A stretch of DNA of 64,000 nucleotides from Bdellovibrionales bacterium (GTDB lineage Bacteria > Bdellovibrionota > Bdellovibrionia > Bdellovibrionales > UBA1609), in contig OZ241456.1 of assembly GCA_965200875.1 (NCBI GenBank), positions 1,184,001-1,248,000 on the forward strand. The letters run 5' to 3'. Positions 1 to 9,901 of this stretch are shown here, in pieces. Positions within the stretch are counted from its first letter, which is position 1, and every line of letters begins with the position of its first letter. The notes beneath the pieces were generated by a model, which saw only the letters and a program-made list of their open reading frames with translations, made no database searches and was not told where the DNA came from. Position numbers and translations under genes: made by a program.

Positions 1-389
1 TTGAGCACACTATCCATCATACCTGGCATACTCACACGCGCACCGGAACGCACACTGACCAAAAGAGGATTTTTAGGGTTTCCAAACTCAGCTCCCATAT
101 CCCGACCCAGAAGTTTCATAGCTTGATTAATCTCTGTTTTTAAAAAGTCAGGAAGTTGCTTGTCGTTTTTATAAAAAGCCTGACACATATTCGCAGAAAT
201 AGTAAACCCGGGAGGCACTGGAAATCCCATAGAAATCATTTCTGCCAAATGCGCGCCTTTGCTTCCCAACACATCTCGTAAATCTGCTGAACCATCAACC
301 TTTTGTTGAGAAAAAAAATAATACAGATTTTTGTTTAAAGAACGAGACTTTAAAGAGGTTCGTAAAGTGTCATAGGTTTTTTCTTTCAA
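1..389 (-). CDS. ppdK: pyruvate, phosphate dikinase, N-terminal part (runs off window)
   Basis: Manual translation gives LGSKGAHLAEM...GFPVPPGFTIS...LLVSVRSGARVSMPGMMDSVL, the PPDK N-terminal motifs; TTG start at 389 after GGGGGAAG. Confidence 0.9.
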   Translation of the reverse strand, partial: MKEKTYDTLRTSLKSRSLNKNLYYFFSQQKVDGSADLRDVLGSKGAHLAEMISMGFPVPPGFTISANMCQAFYKNDKQLPDFLKTEINQAMKLLGRDMGAEFGNPKNPLLVSVRSGARVSMPGMMDSVL

Positions 390-455
390 TCTTCCCCCTG
401 TCAGTTAAAAATCCGCTGATGTTAACATACGGAGAGTTTGTAACTTTTATATTCC

Positions 456-1769
456 CTAATACTGAACACGACGGCTTTTTACCCGAACTCCCTTCATCAA
501 ACCTTCATAACGGGCCGTAAGTAAGTGCGATTGTATCCGCTGAGTGGTATCCAAAGCCACACCCACTAAAATCAACAAACTGGTGCCCCCGAAGAAAAAA
601 GGCGTATTCATTTTATCAATGAGCAATGTGGGAATAATACAAATCACACTGAGGTAGATGGAACCAGCTACGGTCAAACGATCCAAAGTTTTCTTTACAT
701 AATCTGCTGTGCTCTTCCCTGCTCGAATCCCCGGAATAAAACCTCCGTACTTTTTTAAGTTGTCCGACATTTCATGGGGATTAAAAACTGCCTCTGTATA
801 GAAAAAACAGAAAAATACAATCAAAGCCACAAACATAATATTAAACAAAGAGCTTTGAGGGGTAAGAGTATCTCTCAGATTATGCGCCCAAGGCTGGTCC
901 ACATATTGAGCCAAAGAGGTGGGAAAAAGCAACAAACTGGAAGCAAAAATAGGAGGAATTACTCCTGAAAAATTAAGTTTTAAAGGCAAATGAGAGCTTT
1001 GTGTGGCTGGCTGTTTTCCCATTGCTCTTTGTGAATATTGAATGGGAATCCTTCTTTGTCCTACTTCAATAAATATAATAATTCCCACTACCACGATCAT
1101 AAATAAAACCAAAGCCAACAACAAACCATTGCTGATTTGCCCCCTTCCCACCATCCGAAATAAATTTACTGCACCGGAAGGAATACCAGCCGCTATACCG
1201 GCAAAAATAATAAGGGAAGCTCCATTTCCTATGCCACGCTCGGTTATCTGCTCACCCAGCCACATAATCAAACAAGCTCCTGTTGTTAAAGTGATAATAG
1301 TGAAAACCTCAAAAGGAAGAAATCCAATAACAGGTGAAATCACCAGAGACTGCCCTTCTCCTGAAGTGAGATTGATTAACATTTTAGAAATGCCATAACC
1401 CTGCACGATGGAAAACAACACAGTGGAATAACGAGTGTATTGATTGATTTTTCTCCTGCCCGCTTCCCCTTCTTTTTTTAACTGCTCCAAATAAGGCACT
1501 CCCGTCTGTAACAGCTGAAAAATAATGGACGCAGTAATATAAGGCAGAATACCCAAAGCAAAAATACTGAACCTCTCCAAAGCACCACCTGTAAAGGTGT
1601 TCAGCATATTCAAGACACCGCCTCCCTGGTTCGCAAAATAATCCATTAAAGCTTCTCTATCCACACCTGGAGTGGGCACCTGCACACCCATACGATAAAT
1701 GATCAACACTGCCAATGTAAAAAGAATTTTATTTCTGAGATCTTTCGGAAAAGAAAAATTTTGCATCAT
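456..1769 (-). CDS. secY: preprotein translocase subunit SecY
   Basis: SIFALGILPYITASII, GIGNGASLIIFAGI, FFFGGTSLLILVGV motifs; follows rplO. Confidence 0.99.
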   Translation of the reverse strand: MMQNFSFPKDLRNKILFTLAVLIIYRMGVQVPTPGVDREALMDYFANQGGGVLNMLNTFTGGALERFSIFALGILPYITASIIFQLLQTGVPYLEQLKKEGEAGRRKINQYTRYSTVLFSIVQGYGISKMLINLTSGEGQSLVISPVIGFLPFEVFTIITLTTGACLIMWLGEQITERGIGNGASLIIFAGIAAGIPSGAVNLFRMVGRGQISNGLLLALVLFMIVVVGIIIFIEVGQRRIPIQYSQRAMGKQPATQSSHLPLKLNFSGVIPPIFASSLLLFPTSLAQYVDQPWAHNLRDTLTPQSSLFNIMFVALIVFFCFFYTEAVFNPHEMSDNLKKYGGFIPGIRAGKSTADYVKKTLDRLTVAGSIYLSVICIIPTLLIDKMNTPFFFGGTSLLILVGVALDTTQRIQSHLLTARYEGLMKGVRVKSRRVQY

Positions 1770-2488
1770 TGATTTATGTTCCCGTTAGATGTTTTGTTAT
1801 CTGTATCATCGCTTGTACCAGACTTATCTATTTGTATGTCTGTTGCACTTTCCGAAGCTAATTTTGTATCATCGCTTGTATCAGACTTATCTATTTGTAT
1901 GTCTGTTGCACTTTCCGAAGCTGAAGAAGAAGTGGCTCTATTATTATCCACAACAGAAACAAGCTTTTCCACTTTTCCTCCTGCTTTCTCAATAAGCTCA
2001 ATAGCTTTTTTGCTAAAATTATGCGCACGAACAGTCAATGGCTTAGTTAACTCACCTTGAGCTAAAATTTTTACAAATGCTTTTTTTCTCACCAGCCCGG
2101 CTGAATACAAGATAGAAGGATCCACCTCTGAGTCAAAACGATTCAGAACTGATAAATTGATAATGTCACACTTTTTTTTAAACCGAGCATTCGTAAAACC
2201 AAACTTAGGAAGAAGACGAACCAAAGGCATTTGTCCTCCCTCAAATCCTCTTAAGAGGCCAAAGCCAGAACGTGCCCTTTGCCCTTTATGTCCTTTTGTG
2301 GAAGTGCCACCATGACCGCTGGATCTTCCACGACCCAAACGTTTCATCTTATGCCGAGAACCGGGAAAAGTCTGCAAACGCTCCAAACTCACCGAACGGG
2401 CAGAAAACAATTCCTTAGAAGAACCAGAAGAACCTTTTTGGTTCTGCTCTTTACCATTTTCTTTTGTCATGTCCTCTTTTTCTTTCAT
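1766..2488 (-). CDS. rplO: 50S ribosomal protein L15 with N- and C-terminal extensions
   Basis: GRGRSSGHGGTSTKGHKGQRARSG, GFEGGQMPL; start uncertain. Confidence 0.95.
   Translation of the reverse strand: MKEKEDMTKENGKEQNQKGSSGSSKELFSARSVSLERLQTFPGSRHKMKRLGRGRSSGHGGTSTKGHKGQRARSGFGLLRGFEGGQMPLVRLLPKFGFTNARFKKKCDIINLSVLNRFDSEVDPSILYSAGLVRKKAFVKILAQGELTKPLTVRAHNFSKKAIELIEKAGGKVEKLVSVVDNNRATSSSASESATDIQIDKSDTSDDTKLASESATDIQIDKSGTSDDTDNKTSNGNINQ
1802..1922. repeat. 63-bp tandem duplication in rplO tail
   Basis: ASESATDIQIDKS(D/G)TSDDT twice; copies begin at 1802 and 1865. Confidence 0.9.
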
Positions 2489-2502
2489 GCTCTTTTTCTC
2501 TG

Positions 2503-2727
2503 TTATATTTTATCACTTACAGTTTTATGTTCCGCTTTCTCTGTTGAGTTGGCAGGAGAAAGTAAAATCAGATGTTTTATTTTGTTAACCTGCCCTTGCC
2601 TTACAGGATTCATGGTTAAAACCACAGATTGACCAAGTTTTCTTAAACCCAAGCAAAAAGCAGAAGCTTTTTGCTGTTTCGTAGAACCTATTAAGCTCTT
2701 CTTTAAAGTTACTCTAACCTGTTTCAC
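2503..2727 (-). CDS. rpmD: 50S ribosomal protein L30
   Basis: VRVTLKKSLIG...LGLRK...GQVNKIKHLI; between rpsE and rplO. Confidence 0.95.
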   Translation of the reverse strand: MKQVRVTLKKSLIGSTKQQKASAFCLGLRKLGQSVVLTMNPVRQGQVNKIKHLILLSPANSTEKAEHKTVSDKI

Positions 2728-2730
2728 TTT

Positions 2731-3339
2731 TTAATTCCTCAAGGTTTTTTCGTCTATTTTTTCTTTTGGTACCGAATCTTTTTCGGCAACAACTTTTTCT
2801 TCGGCAACTTTTTTAGAATCCGTAGCCACTTTCTGATTCCTAGAATCTGAGATTAAACCAGATTTAATCAAAGGTCTTTTTTCTTTTATCTCAATAATCT
2901 GTTGCAAACCATTTAAAGTGGCGTACACAACATTATGAGGGTTCCTGCTCCCCATTCTCTTGGTCAATATGTCTCTTATACCAATACACTCCAGTACCGC
3001 ACGAACAGGACCACCGGCAATCACTCCTGTCCCCGGACCTGCTGGTCTCAATACCACTTGGGAAGCACCAAATTTTCCAATAATCTCATGAGGAATAGTC
3101 CGTTGCCCTCTTAAAGGAACCTGTATAAAAGATTTTTTAGCTATACGACCAGCTTTGTTGATAGATTCAGGCACTTCACTGGCTTTTCCTGTGCCGACAC
3201 CCACCTGCCCTTTTCCATCTCCCGCCACCACTAAAGCAGAAAAAGAAAAGCGACGTCCGCCCTTCACCACCTTTGTAACGCGGTTAATAACAACCACTCT
3301 TTCTAAAAATTCCTGTTCCGTGTTCTGTTGTGTATTCAA
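2731..3339 (-). CDS. rpsE: 30S ribosomal protein S5
   Basis: [36 protein letters not shown]. Confidence 0.98.
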   Translation of the reverse strand: MNTQQNTEQEFLERVVVINRVTKVVKGGRRFSFSALVVAGDGKGQVGVGTGKASEVPESINKAGRIAKKSFIQVPLRGQRTIPHEIIGKFGASQVVLRPAGPGTGVIAGGPVRAVLECIGIRDILTKRMGSRNPHNVVYATLNGLQQIIEIKEKRPLIKSGLISDSRNQKVATDSKKVAEEKVVAEKDSVPKEKIDEKTLRN

Positions 3340-3395
3340 AATTATCCTCTCTCTCTTTAAAAGTATTTTTTAGCAAAATTATTCAATTAGTGCGA

Positions 3396-3767
3396 TCAAA
3401 AAACCAAACCAGCTTTGCGGGCGGATTCCGCTAACGCTTTCACCCTACCATGATAAATAAACCCATTCCGATCAAAAACCACTTTTTTAATTTTCCGATT
3501 TAAAGCTGTTTCCGCTACTTTTTGACCAGTTCGCTCCGCTCCCTTGCAATTACCATTATTGCCGTCCAACTTGAGGGTATTGGCTGACGCCAACACTTTT
3601 CCTGAAGTGTCATCTATCAGCTGAGCGTAAATATGCTTTTGGGAACGAAAAATCACTAAACGCGGTCTTTCTTCTGTTCCAAAAAGTTTTTTTCTCAAAC
3701 GCGCTTTGTTTCTTAGCCTTTTTCTAAGTTTCAAAGGACTGTTTTTCTTTATCCGAATCCGAATCAT
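3396..3767 (-). CDS. rplR: 50S ribosomal protein L18
   Basis: [38 protein letters not shown]. Confidence 0.98.
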   Translation of the reverse strand: MIRIRIKKNSPLKLRKRLRNKARLRKKLFGTEERPRLVIFRSQKHIYAQLIDDTSGKVLASANTLKLDGNNGNCKGAERTGQKVAETALNRKIKKVVFDRNGFIYHGRVKALAESARKAGLVF

Positions 3768-3771
3768 TCCT

Positions 3772-3885
3772 CTAACCTTTTGTTTTCTTTTTTATGCAAC
3801 AAAAACCGGCAATAGTTTGACCACAATCGAAAGTAGGACAAACATAACAAAAAAAAGAAAAAACCACAGTAATAAATTTATTCAT
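3772..3885 (-). CDS. possible 37-aa Cys-rich small protein between rplF and rplR
   Basis: ATG overlaps the rplF stop (TAATG); [37 protein letters not shown]; stop abuts the rplR RBS. Confidence 0.25.
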   Translation of the reverse strand: MNKFITVVFSFFCYVCPTFDCGQTIAGFCCIKKKTKG

Positions 3886-4427
3886 TACTTTTCACCCCCG
3901 GATTTACCGGCTTTTCTGCGAATCACTTCATCACTATAGCGAATACCTTTACCTAAGTAAGGCTCCGGTTCTCTCCAACTTCTGATTTGTGCACTGAATT
4001 GTCCCACTTGCGCACGATCCGCACCCGATACAACCACATTCAATTTTTCTGCCTTTACAGTCAAACCTTCTGGTATTTCCATTTTAACTGGATGAGAATA
4101 ACCCAAGCTCATTTCCAAAGTTTTCCCGGACACATTAGCCTTGTAACCAACCCCCTTAAGAATCAAAGTCTTTGACCACCCCTTGGACACACCCGTAACT
4201 GCATTCTGAATTAAAGAGCGATAAAGGCCATGCCATGCCCGCGTCTTCGGTTCATTATTTTTACGAGTCAATACCACAGAACCATCCTTCACCTGCACAT
4301 TGATAACAGGATTAACCGGTATCTTCAAAATTTTCTGACCGGATTTAACACACACTTCATTGCCGGTGTTGATAGTGACCTCCACACCTTGTGTTATCTT
4401 CACCGGTAATTTTCCAATTCTTGACAT
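3885..4427 (-). CDS. rplF: 50S ribosomal protein L6
   Basis: MSRIGKLPV, LGYSHPV, PEPYLGKGIRY. Confidence 0.98.
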   Translation of the reverse strand: MSRIGKLPVKITQGVEVTINTGNEVCVKSGQKILKIPVNPVINVQVKDGSVVLTRKNNEPKTRAWHGLYRSLIQNAVTGVSKGWSKTLILKGVGYKANVSGKTLEMSLGYSHPVKMEIPEGLTVKAEKLNVVVSGADRAQVGQFSAQIRSWREPEPYLGKGIRYSDEVIRRKAGKSGGEK

Positions 4428-4490
4428 TTTTTACTTAGAGGCGACTTTTAACCTAACCCCCACTCCTTTCCTGAATAAGTGAATCTTCCT

Positions 4491-4892
4491 CTACCAGATA
4501 CGACAAAGCATTTCTCCACCCACATTTTGCTTTTTAGCCTCTGCTCCGCTTAAAATCCCTTTATTGGTACTTAACACTAACAGCCCGTAATGAGAAAGCA
4601 CTGGAGGAATCCGACCTGCCTTTACATATTGGCGACAGGAGGGTTTACTCACTCTCTCAATGCGCGTAATGGCAGACTGCCCCTTCTCATTGTATTTTAA
4701 ATAAAGCCTCATAATCCCCTGCTTTCCGTCATCCACCACTGTATAATTTTTAATATATCCAGACTCTTTTAACTGATCAGCAATGCCTTCCTGAACTTTA
4801 GAACTGGGAATATCCACCTTAAGGTGACCCGCCATAACTGCGTTTCTGACCCTGGTGCAAAATTGACTGATTGTATCCATATTTTTATTCAA
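4491..4892 (-). CDS. rpsH: 30S ribosomal protein S8
   Basis: RVRNAVMA, RVSKPSCRQY, LSTNKGIL, GGEMLC; start may be ATG at 4880. Confidence 0.97.
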   Translation of the reverse strand: MNKNMDTISQFCTRVRNAVMAGHLKVDIPSSKVQEGIADQLKESGYIKNYTVVDDGKQGIMRLYLKYNEKGQSAITRIERVSKPSCRQYVKAGRIPPVLSHYGLLVLSTNKGILSGAEAKKQNVGGEMLCRIW

Positions 4893-4925
4893 GGGCGGTT
4901 CTTAACCTGAGACCCTCTCCTCCTT

Positions 4926-5468
4926 TTAATGCTTCCTGAAAGGAAATCCTAAAGACTCCAATAAGCTCCGTGCTTGTTCATCTGTTTTTGCTGTCGTGCA
5001 AATAGTAATGTTCATACCCCGAATTGCATCCACTTTATCATAATCCACTTCCGGAAAAATAATTTGCTCCTTAATACCTATATTGTAATTACCCTGCCCG
5101 TCAAAGCTTCTTGGGGAAAGACCTCGAAAATCCCTAACCTGAGGGAGTGAAAAATGAATTAGCCGTTCCAAAAAAGTCCACATTTTTTCCCGTCTCAATG
5201 TCACGCAAGAACCCAGCTTAACACCTTTTTTAATTTTAAAGTTGGAAATGGCTTTTTTGGCTTTTGTGATCACAGCTTTTTGACCGGCCACCAAAGACAG
5301 ATCTTGAGAAACATTTTGTAAAATTTTAGGGTTTTTAACCGCTTGAGAGACACACATACTCAATACCACTTTCTCAACCCGCGGAACCTGCATAACACTT
5401 TTAAGCTGTAGCTTTTCTTTCAGCACCGAGCGTATTTTTGCTGTGTATTGCTCTTGTAAAACACTCAT
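4926..5468 (-). CDS. rplE: 50S ribosomal protein L5
   Basis: QVPRVEKVV, VRDFRGL, FDGQGNYNIGIKEQIIFPE. Confidence 0.98.
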   Translation of the reverse strand: MSVLQEQYTAKIRSVLKEKLQLKSVMQVPRVEKVVLSMCVSQAVKNPKILQNVSQDLSLVAGQKAVITKAKKAISNFKIKKGVKLGSCVTLRREKMWTFLERLIHFSLPQVRDFRGLSPRSFDGQGNYNIGIKEQIIFPEVDYDKVDAIRGMNITICTTAKTDEQARSLLESLGFPFRKH

Positions 5469-5836
5469 TAAAGCACCTCCGGAGCCATAGAAATAATTTT
5501 AATAAAACTCCTAGCCCTTAATTCTCTAGCCACAGGACCAAAGATACGAGTACCAATCGGCTCCTTATTATTGTTAATCAGCACGGCTGAATTTTCATCA
5601 AAGCGAATGGAAGTACCATCCCCCCTTTGAATTTTATGAACTGTGCGCACAATAACAGCCTTCGCTTTATCCCCTTTTTTTACCTTGGAATTAGGTAAAG
5701 CATTTTTAACGGACACAACAATAATATCCCCAATGCCGGCAGTACGCCTTCGGGAACCTCCTAAAACTTTAATGCACTGAACGACCCTAGCACCAGAATT
5801 ATCAGCCACTTTTAAACGGGATTGCATTTGAATCAT
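5468..5836 (-). CDS. rplN: 50S ribosomal protein L14
   Basis: [16 protein letters not shown]...[13 protein letters not shown]; canonical start at 5836. Confidence 0.98.
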   Translation of the reverse strand: MIQMQSRLKVADNSGARVVQCIKVLGGSRRRTAGIGDIIVVSVKNALPNSKVKKGDKAKAVIVRTVHKIQRGDGTSIRFDENSAVLINNNKEPIGTRIFGPVARELRARSFIKIISMAPEVL

Positions 5837-5892
5837 AATTTTTTCCTTCTTCACTTAGACTGCACACACTTCACTTAACCTACACACCCACT

Positions 5893-6153
5893 CTATGTCT
5901 GTGAGTCCACGATTTCCAAAAGCTTCCATCTTTTTGTTTTACTCAAAGGACGGGTTTCATATATTTTAACCACATCACCTGTTTTTGCCTTATTTTGCTC
6001 ATCGTGCGCTTTAAAAACCGATTTCCGACGAATATATTTTTTATATTTAGGATGCTTCATTAAACGATAAATCAAAACAGAAATGGTTTTGTCGCCTTTG
6101 CTGGATACCACTTTCCCTTTAACAACATTTAATCTGCCTCTTTGATCTTTCAT
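5893..6153 (-). CDS. rpsQ: 30S ribosomal protein S17
   Basis: GKVVSSKGDKTI, HPKYKK, ETRPLSKTKRW. Confidence 0.98.
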   Translation of the reverse strand: MKDQRGRLNVVKGKVVSSKGDKTISVLIYRLMKHPKYKKYIRRKSVFKAHDEQNKAKTGDVVKIYETRPLSKTKRWKLLEIVDSQT

Positions 6154-6186
6154 CTTTTCCTTCCTGTGTTTAAGAGAAAAACAGCT

Positions 6187-6738
6187 TTAACCGCTTTTCC
6201 GTCTAAAAAAACTTCGCCGGCCTCCAGATTGCTGAGCTTTGGAAGATTTTTGTTTTGAACCAAAAAAACCAAACCATTTTTTTCTTGGCGCAATCTTGCT
6301 GGATGGCTTATCTTTGGAGGGTTTTTTCGATTCTTGTTGCTTCAAAGTAACCTTTTTTCTGCTCTCTTTTTTCTGATCCTGCTTTTCCTCATTGGCTTTT
6401 ACTTTTGAACCCTCTCCCACAGCTTTTTCTTCCACCAACTTCTTGGATTTGTCCTGCTTTTTAAACTGTGCTTTTCCAGAAAGGCTTTTCACGGCTTTTT
6501 TCTCCAAAGCCTCAGTGTCTTTCACCAGTTTTTTGTCAGACACAAATGCAGACTCAGGAAGCACAGATAAAGCTGTTTCCAAACGAGCGATATCTCTTCT
6601 GAAGTTTCTAAGCTCCATCATATTGGAAAGTCTCTGCATTTTATGCTTCATACGAGCATTAAACAAAGCCTGCCGGGTTTGATCTAACCTTTTCTTCAGC
6701 TCCTGCGGTTGCAGATTATTTATCTCTGCATACTTCAT
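6187..6738 (-). CDS. rpmC: 50S ribosomal protein L29 with ~120-aa Lys-rich C-terminal extension
   Basis: N-terminal ~60 aa (ELKKRL...LFNARM...LRNFRRDIARLET) at the L29 position between rplP and rpsQ. Confidence 0.92.
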   Translation of the reverse strand: MKYAEINNLQPQELKKRLDQTRQALFNARMKHKMQRLSNMMELRNFRRDIARLETALSVLPESAFVSDKKLVKDTEALEKKAVKSLSGKAQFKKQDKSKKLVEEKAVGEGSKVKANEEKQDQKKESRKKVTLKQQESKKPSKDKPSSKIAPRKKWFGFFGSKQKSSKAQQSGGRRSFFRRKSG

Positions 6739-6808
6739 TTTTTAATTCCTTTGCTTTCCTGTAGAAAGCTTTTTCAAAAACAATCACTAATAAAATAACA
6801 CATTATTT

Positions 6809-7216
6809 TTATACTCTGGACAAGAATTTTGTTTTAAAAGGAAGTTTATAGCTGGCCAAACGAAAAGCCTCCCGGGCCTGTTTTTCCGTTACCCCTTCGA
6901 TTTCAAACAAAATCCGACCTGGCTTAATTAAAGCCACCCAAAACTCCAAATTTCCTTTACCTGATCCCATTCGCACTCCAATAGGCTTTTGAGAAATAGG
7001 TCTATCAGGAAACACACGAATCCACACTTTTCCACTTCTTTTAACAGAACGGGAGATGGCAATACGACTGGATTCAATTTGACGATCCGTCATTCGCCCT
7101 GCTGACAAACTCATCAAACCAAAATCACCAAAAGACAACTCACTGCCTCTTTTGGCTTGGCCTCTTAAACGTCCCCTGTGCACTTTTCTCCATTTTATTT
7201 TTTTGGGGCTAAGCAT
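6809..7216 (-). CDS. rplP: 50S ribosomal protein L16
   Basis: [25 protein letters not shown]. Confidence 0.98.
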   Translation of the reverse strand: MLSPKKIKWRKVHRGRLRGQAKRGSELSFGDFGLMSLSAGRMTDRQIESSRIAISRSVKRSGKVWIRVFPDRPISQKPIGVRMGSGKGNLEFWVALIKPGRILFEIEGVTEKQAREAFRLASYKLPFKTKFLSRV

Positions 7217-7222
7217 TTTTTT

Positions 7223-7891
7223 TCACTCCTTAAATTTCTTTTCCACTACCGACACTTCTTTCCTTGCGTACACATCACCATAATACATCCACACCTTGAC
7301 ACCAATCAGGCCATAAGTTGTCTGAGCTTCCGCAAAACCATAATCAATATTAGCTCTTAAAGTATGTAAGGGGATGCTTTTTTCGTTGTACCATTCTGAA
7401 CGGGCAATTTCCGCTCCATCCAATCGACCTGATATACGTACTTTCACCCCTCTCACTCCCTGACGAATGGCCTCTGCAATGGCTTTTTTCAATACTCTTC
7501 TCCAGGAAACTCTTTTTTCCAGCTGTAAAGCAATTTTTTCCGCAACCAGCTGAGAGTCAACATCCGCCTTTCTGACTTCCTGAATACTTACAGACACTTT
7601 GTGCTTTGTCTGCTTTTGTATATCAGCCTCTAAAGCGTCAATACCCACCCCTTTTTTTCCAATAACAAATCCCGGTCGGGCCGTGAAAACAATCAATTTA
7701 ATTTGCTCACCTGTTCTTTCCACTTCCACTTTTGAAACACCAGCATTTTTTAATCTTTTTTTCACATAAGCACGCAAACGATAATCTTCATAAATATTAT
7801 CAGCATAAACCTGACCACTCGCATACCAGCGGGAATCCCAGTTACGAATCACTCCAACTCTCAAACCAACAGGACTAATCTTCTGCCCCAT
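7223..7891 (-). CDS. rpsC: 30S ribosomal protein S3
   Basis: MGQKISPVGLRVG, SGRLDGAEIARSE, PLHTLRANIDY. Confidence 0.99.
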   Translation of the reverse strand: MGQKISPVGLRVGVIRNWDSRWYASGQVYADNIYEDYRLRAYVKKRLKNAGVSKVEVERTGEQIKLIVFTARPGFVIGKKGVGIDALEADIQKQTKHKVSVSIQEVRKADVDSQLVAEKIALQLEKRVSWRRVLKKAIAEAIRQGVRGVKVRISGRLDGAEIARSEWYNEKSIPLHTLRANIDYGFAEAQTTYGLIGVKVWMYYGDVYARKEVSVVEKKFKE

Positions 7892-7954
7892 AACTTTTAC
7901 CTTTCACCCGCAAAGCGGGTTATTGTTATGATTTTTTTTATATACCAATATGGC

Positions 7955-8287
7955 TTACCTTTCATCCAACACAACACAAATATGACTTTGTTTCTTTTTT
8001 CGGGGAGACGACTGACCGCGCGCGGCCGGACGATACCTCATTAAATAAGGCCCCTGGTTAACATAAATCGTTTTAACATATAGATTATCCACATCAATTA
8101 TTTTTTTGGTTTCAGCGTTGGCAACCGCCGACTGAATAAGTGCTTTAATAAGCTCAGCTGACTTCTTTTTCGAAAAAGAAAGCAATCCAATAGCCTCATT
8201 CACATCTTTTCCGCGAACCATGTCTGCCACTAGACGCGCTCTCTGCGCTGAAACACGAGTATACTTTAAAATAGATCTGACTTCCAT
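7955..8287 (-). CDS. rplV: 50S ribosomal protein L22
   Basis: RLVADMVRGK, SAVANAE, RPAARG. Confidence 0.98.
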   Translation of the reverse strand: MEVRSILKYTRVSAQRARLVADMVRGKDVNEAIGLLSFSKKKSAELIKALIQSAVANAETKKIIDVDNLYVKTIYVNQGPYLMRYRPAARGQSSPRKKKQSHICVVLDER

Positions 8288-8396
8288 ATTGTTCTTCCCT
8301 CAGTCTTAAAAAATCTTCGTCACAAGTTGTTATTTCCTTGAAAGAGATGCTTCTTTACAAAAGCAGTACAGTAACCTCTTCTTTCCAATGAAATTG

Positions 8397-8696
8397 TTAC
8401 CCTTTCTTTTGGCCCGGCTTCTGCATTTGCGATTTTTTTCCACCAGCATGAACATTAAACATCCTAGTAGGAGCAAACTCCCCAAATTTTTGTCCTATCA
8501 TATTTTCTGATACATACACAGGCACAAACTTTTTTCCGTTATGAACAGCAAAAGTTAAACCCACCGCAGACGGCGTAATCACCGAGCGTCTGGACCATGT
8601 TTTAATGACTTTTTTGTCACCGGTTTTTTTGGCTCTGGTGATTTTTTCCTCCAGATGATAATCCAAAAAAGGCCCTTTCTTAACTGATCTTCCCAC
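8397..8696 (-). CDS. rpsS: 30S ribosomal protein S19
   Basis: [26 protein letters not shown]. Confidence 0.98.
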   Translation of the reverse strand: MGRSVKKGPFLDYHLEEKITRAKKTGDKKVIKTWSRRSVITPSAVGLTFAVHNGKKFVPVYVSENMIGQKFGEFAPTRMFNVHAGGKKSQMQKPGQKKG

Positions 8697-8787
8697 TTCT
8701 TATCTAGGGCTGGTTCTTAACCACAATGCCCAAGCTCCTTTTCCAAAACTGATATTTTTTTAAACCAAAAACATACTCTTTCAATTA

Positions 8788-9621
8788 TTATTTTCCGGAC
8801 TTGGCATATCGCCGGCGAATAATCATTTTATCCGTTCTCTTGTTGTTTCTTGTCCGATAACCCTTACACGGTTTTCCCCAAGGAGTCATGGGATGGTTTC
8901 CCTTACCCACACCTTCCCCTCCACCCATAGGGTGATCAATGGGGTTCATAGCCATACCACGCACTTTTGGCCTCCAACCTCTTTTCCGAATCCGTCCAGC
9001 TTTGCCCCATCGGATATTTTCATTATCCGCATTCCCCAGTTTTCCAATAGAAGCCCGACAAAGGGAAAGAATACGGCGCAATTCTCCTGAAGGCAATTTT
9101 ACTTGACAATATTTTTCATCTTTGGCGGCCAATACCGCTCCCACACCCGCACTGCGAACCATTTGACCGCCCTTTCCCGGACGTAATTCAATATTATGAA
9201 TCTCCGTGCCAATGGGAATTTGTATCAAAGGCAAGCTGTTTCCTGGTTTAATGTCAGCTGTGTCACTGGAGATAACATCGTGTCCCACAGATAAATTCAC
9301 GGGAGCCAAAATGTAAGATTTCGCACCATCTCTATAGCTGACCAAGGCAATGCGACAACTTCTGTTGGGATCATACTCAATCGCCACTACACGAGCAGGT
9401 ATATCTGTTTTTTTTCGTTTAAAGTCAATCAGACGATAATGACGCTTATGACCTCCCCCTCTGTGGCGCACAGTAATACGACCACGATTATTCCTTGCAG
9501 ATTTCTTGCGTAAAGGGCGGGTGAGAGATTTTTCCGGCTTGCTCTTTGTAATTTCCTTAAAATCCGACACCGACATTTTTCGTGTAGCCGGCGTGCGGGG
9601 TTTTAACACTTTGATTCCCAT
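8788..9621 (-). CDS. rplB: 50S ribosomal protein L2
   Basis: [38 protein letters not shown]. Confidence 0.99.
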   Translation of the reverse strand: MGIKVLKPRTPATRKMSVSDFKEITKSKPEKSLTRPLRKKSARNNRGRITVRHRGGGHKRHYRLIDFKRKKTDIPARVVAIEYDPNRSCRIALVSYRDGAKSYILAPVNLSVGHDVISSDTADIKPGNSLPLIQIPIGTEIHNIELRPGKGGQMVRSAGVGAVLAAKDEKYCQVKLPSGELRRILSLCRASIGKLGNADNENIRWGKAGRIRKRGWRPKVRGMAMNPIDHPMGGGEGVGKGNHPMTPWGKPCKGYRTRNNKRTDKMIIRRRYAKSGK

Positions 9622-9622
9622 T

Positions 9623-9901
9623 TTAATTTCCTTCGAACAGATTAATGGTTTCCCCTGGATACAAACGCAAAGTGGCCTTCTTCCAGTATTTTACTCTTCC
9701 ATAGCCCAAACGGGTCCGGCGCGCCCTTCCCCGACAAATTGCGGTTTTTACTGATTGCACTCTAACCTCAAAATACTTTTCCACATACTGTTTGATCTGT
9801 GTTTTATTGGCCAAACGATCCACTTGAAATACATAAATATTCTTACTGGCCAGTAAATTGTTTTTTTCCGTTAAAAGAGGTCGTTTGACAAGCTGGCTCA
9901 T
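9623..9901 (-). CDS. rplW: 50S ribosomal protein L23
   Basis: RPLLTEK, YVFQVD.ANKTQIK, WKKA. Confidence 0.96.
   Translation of the reverse strand: MSQLVKRPLLTEKNNLLASKNIYVFQVDRLANKTQIKQYVEKYFEVRVQSVKTAICRGRARRTRLGYGRVKYWKKATLRLYPGETINLFEGN

Noticed and set aside
8288..8396. Small ORF in the rpsS-rplV gap
   Set aside because: Only a 22-codon TTG-start frame with no RBS or coupling
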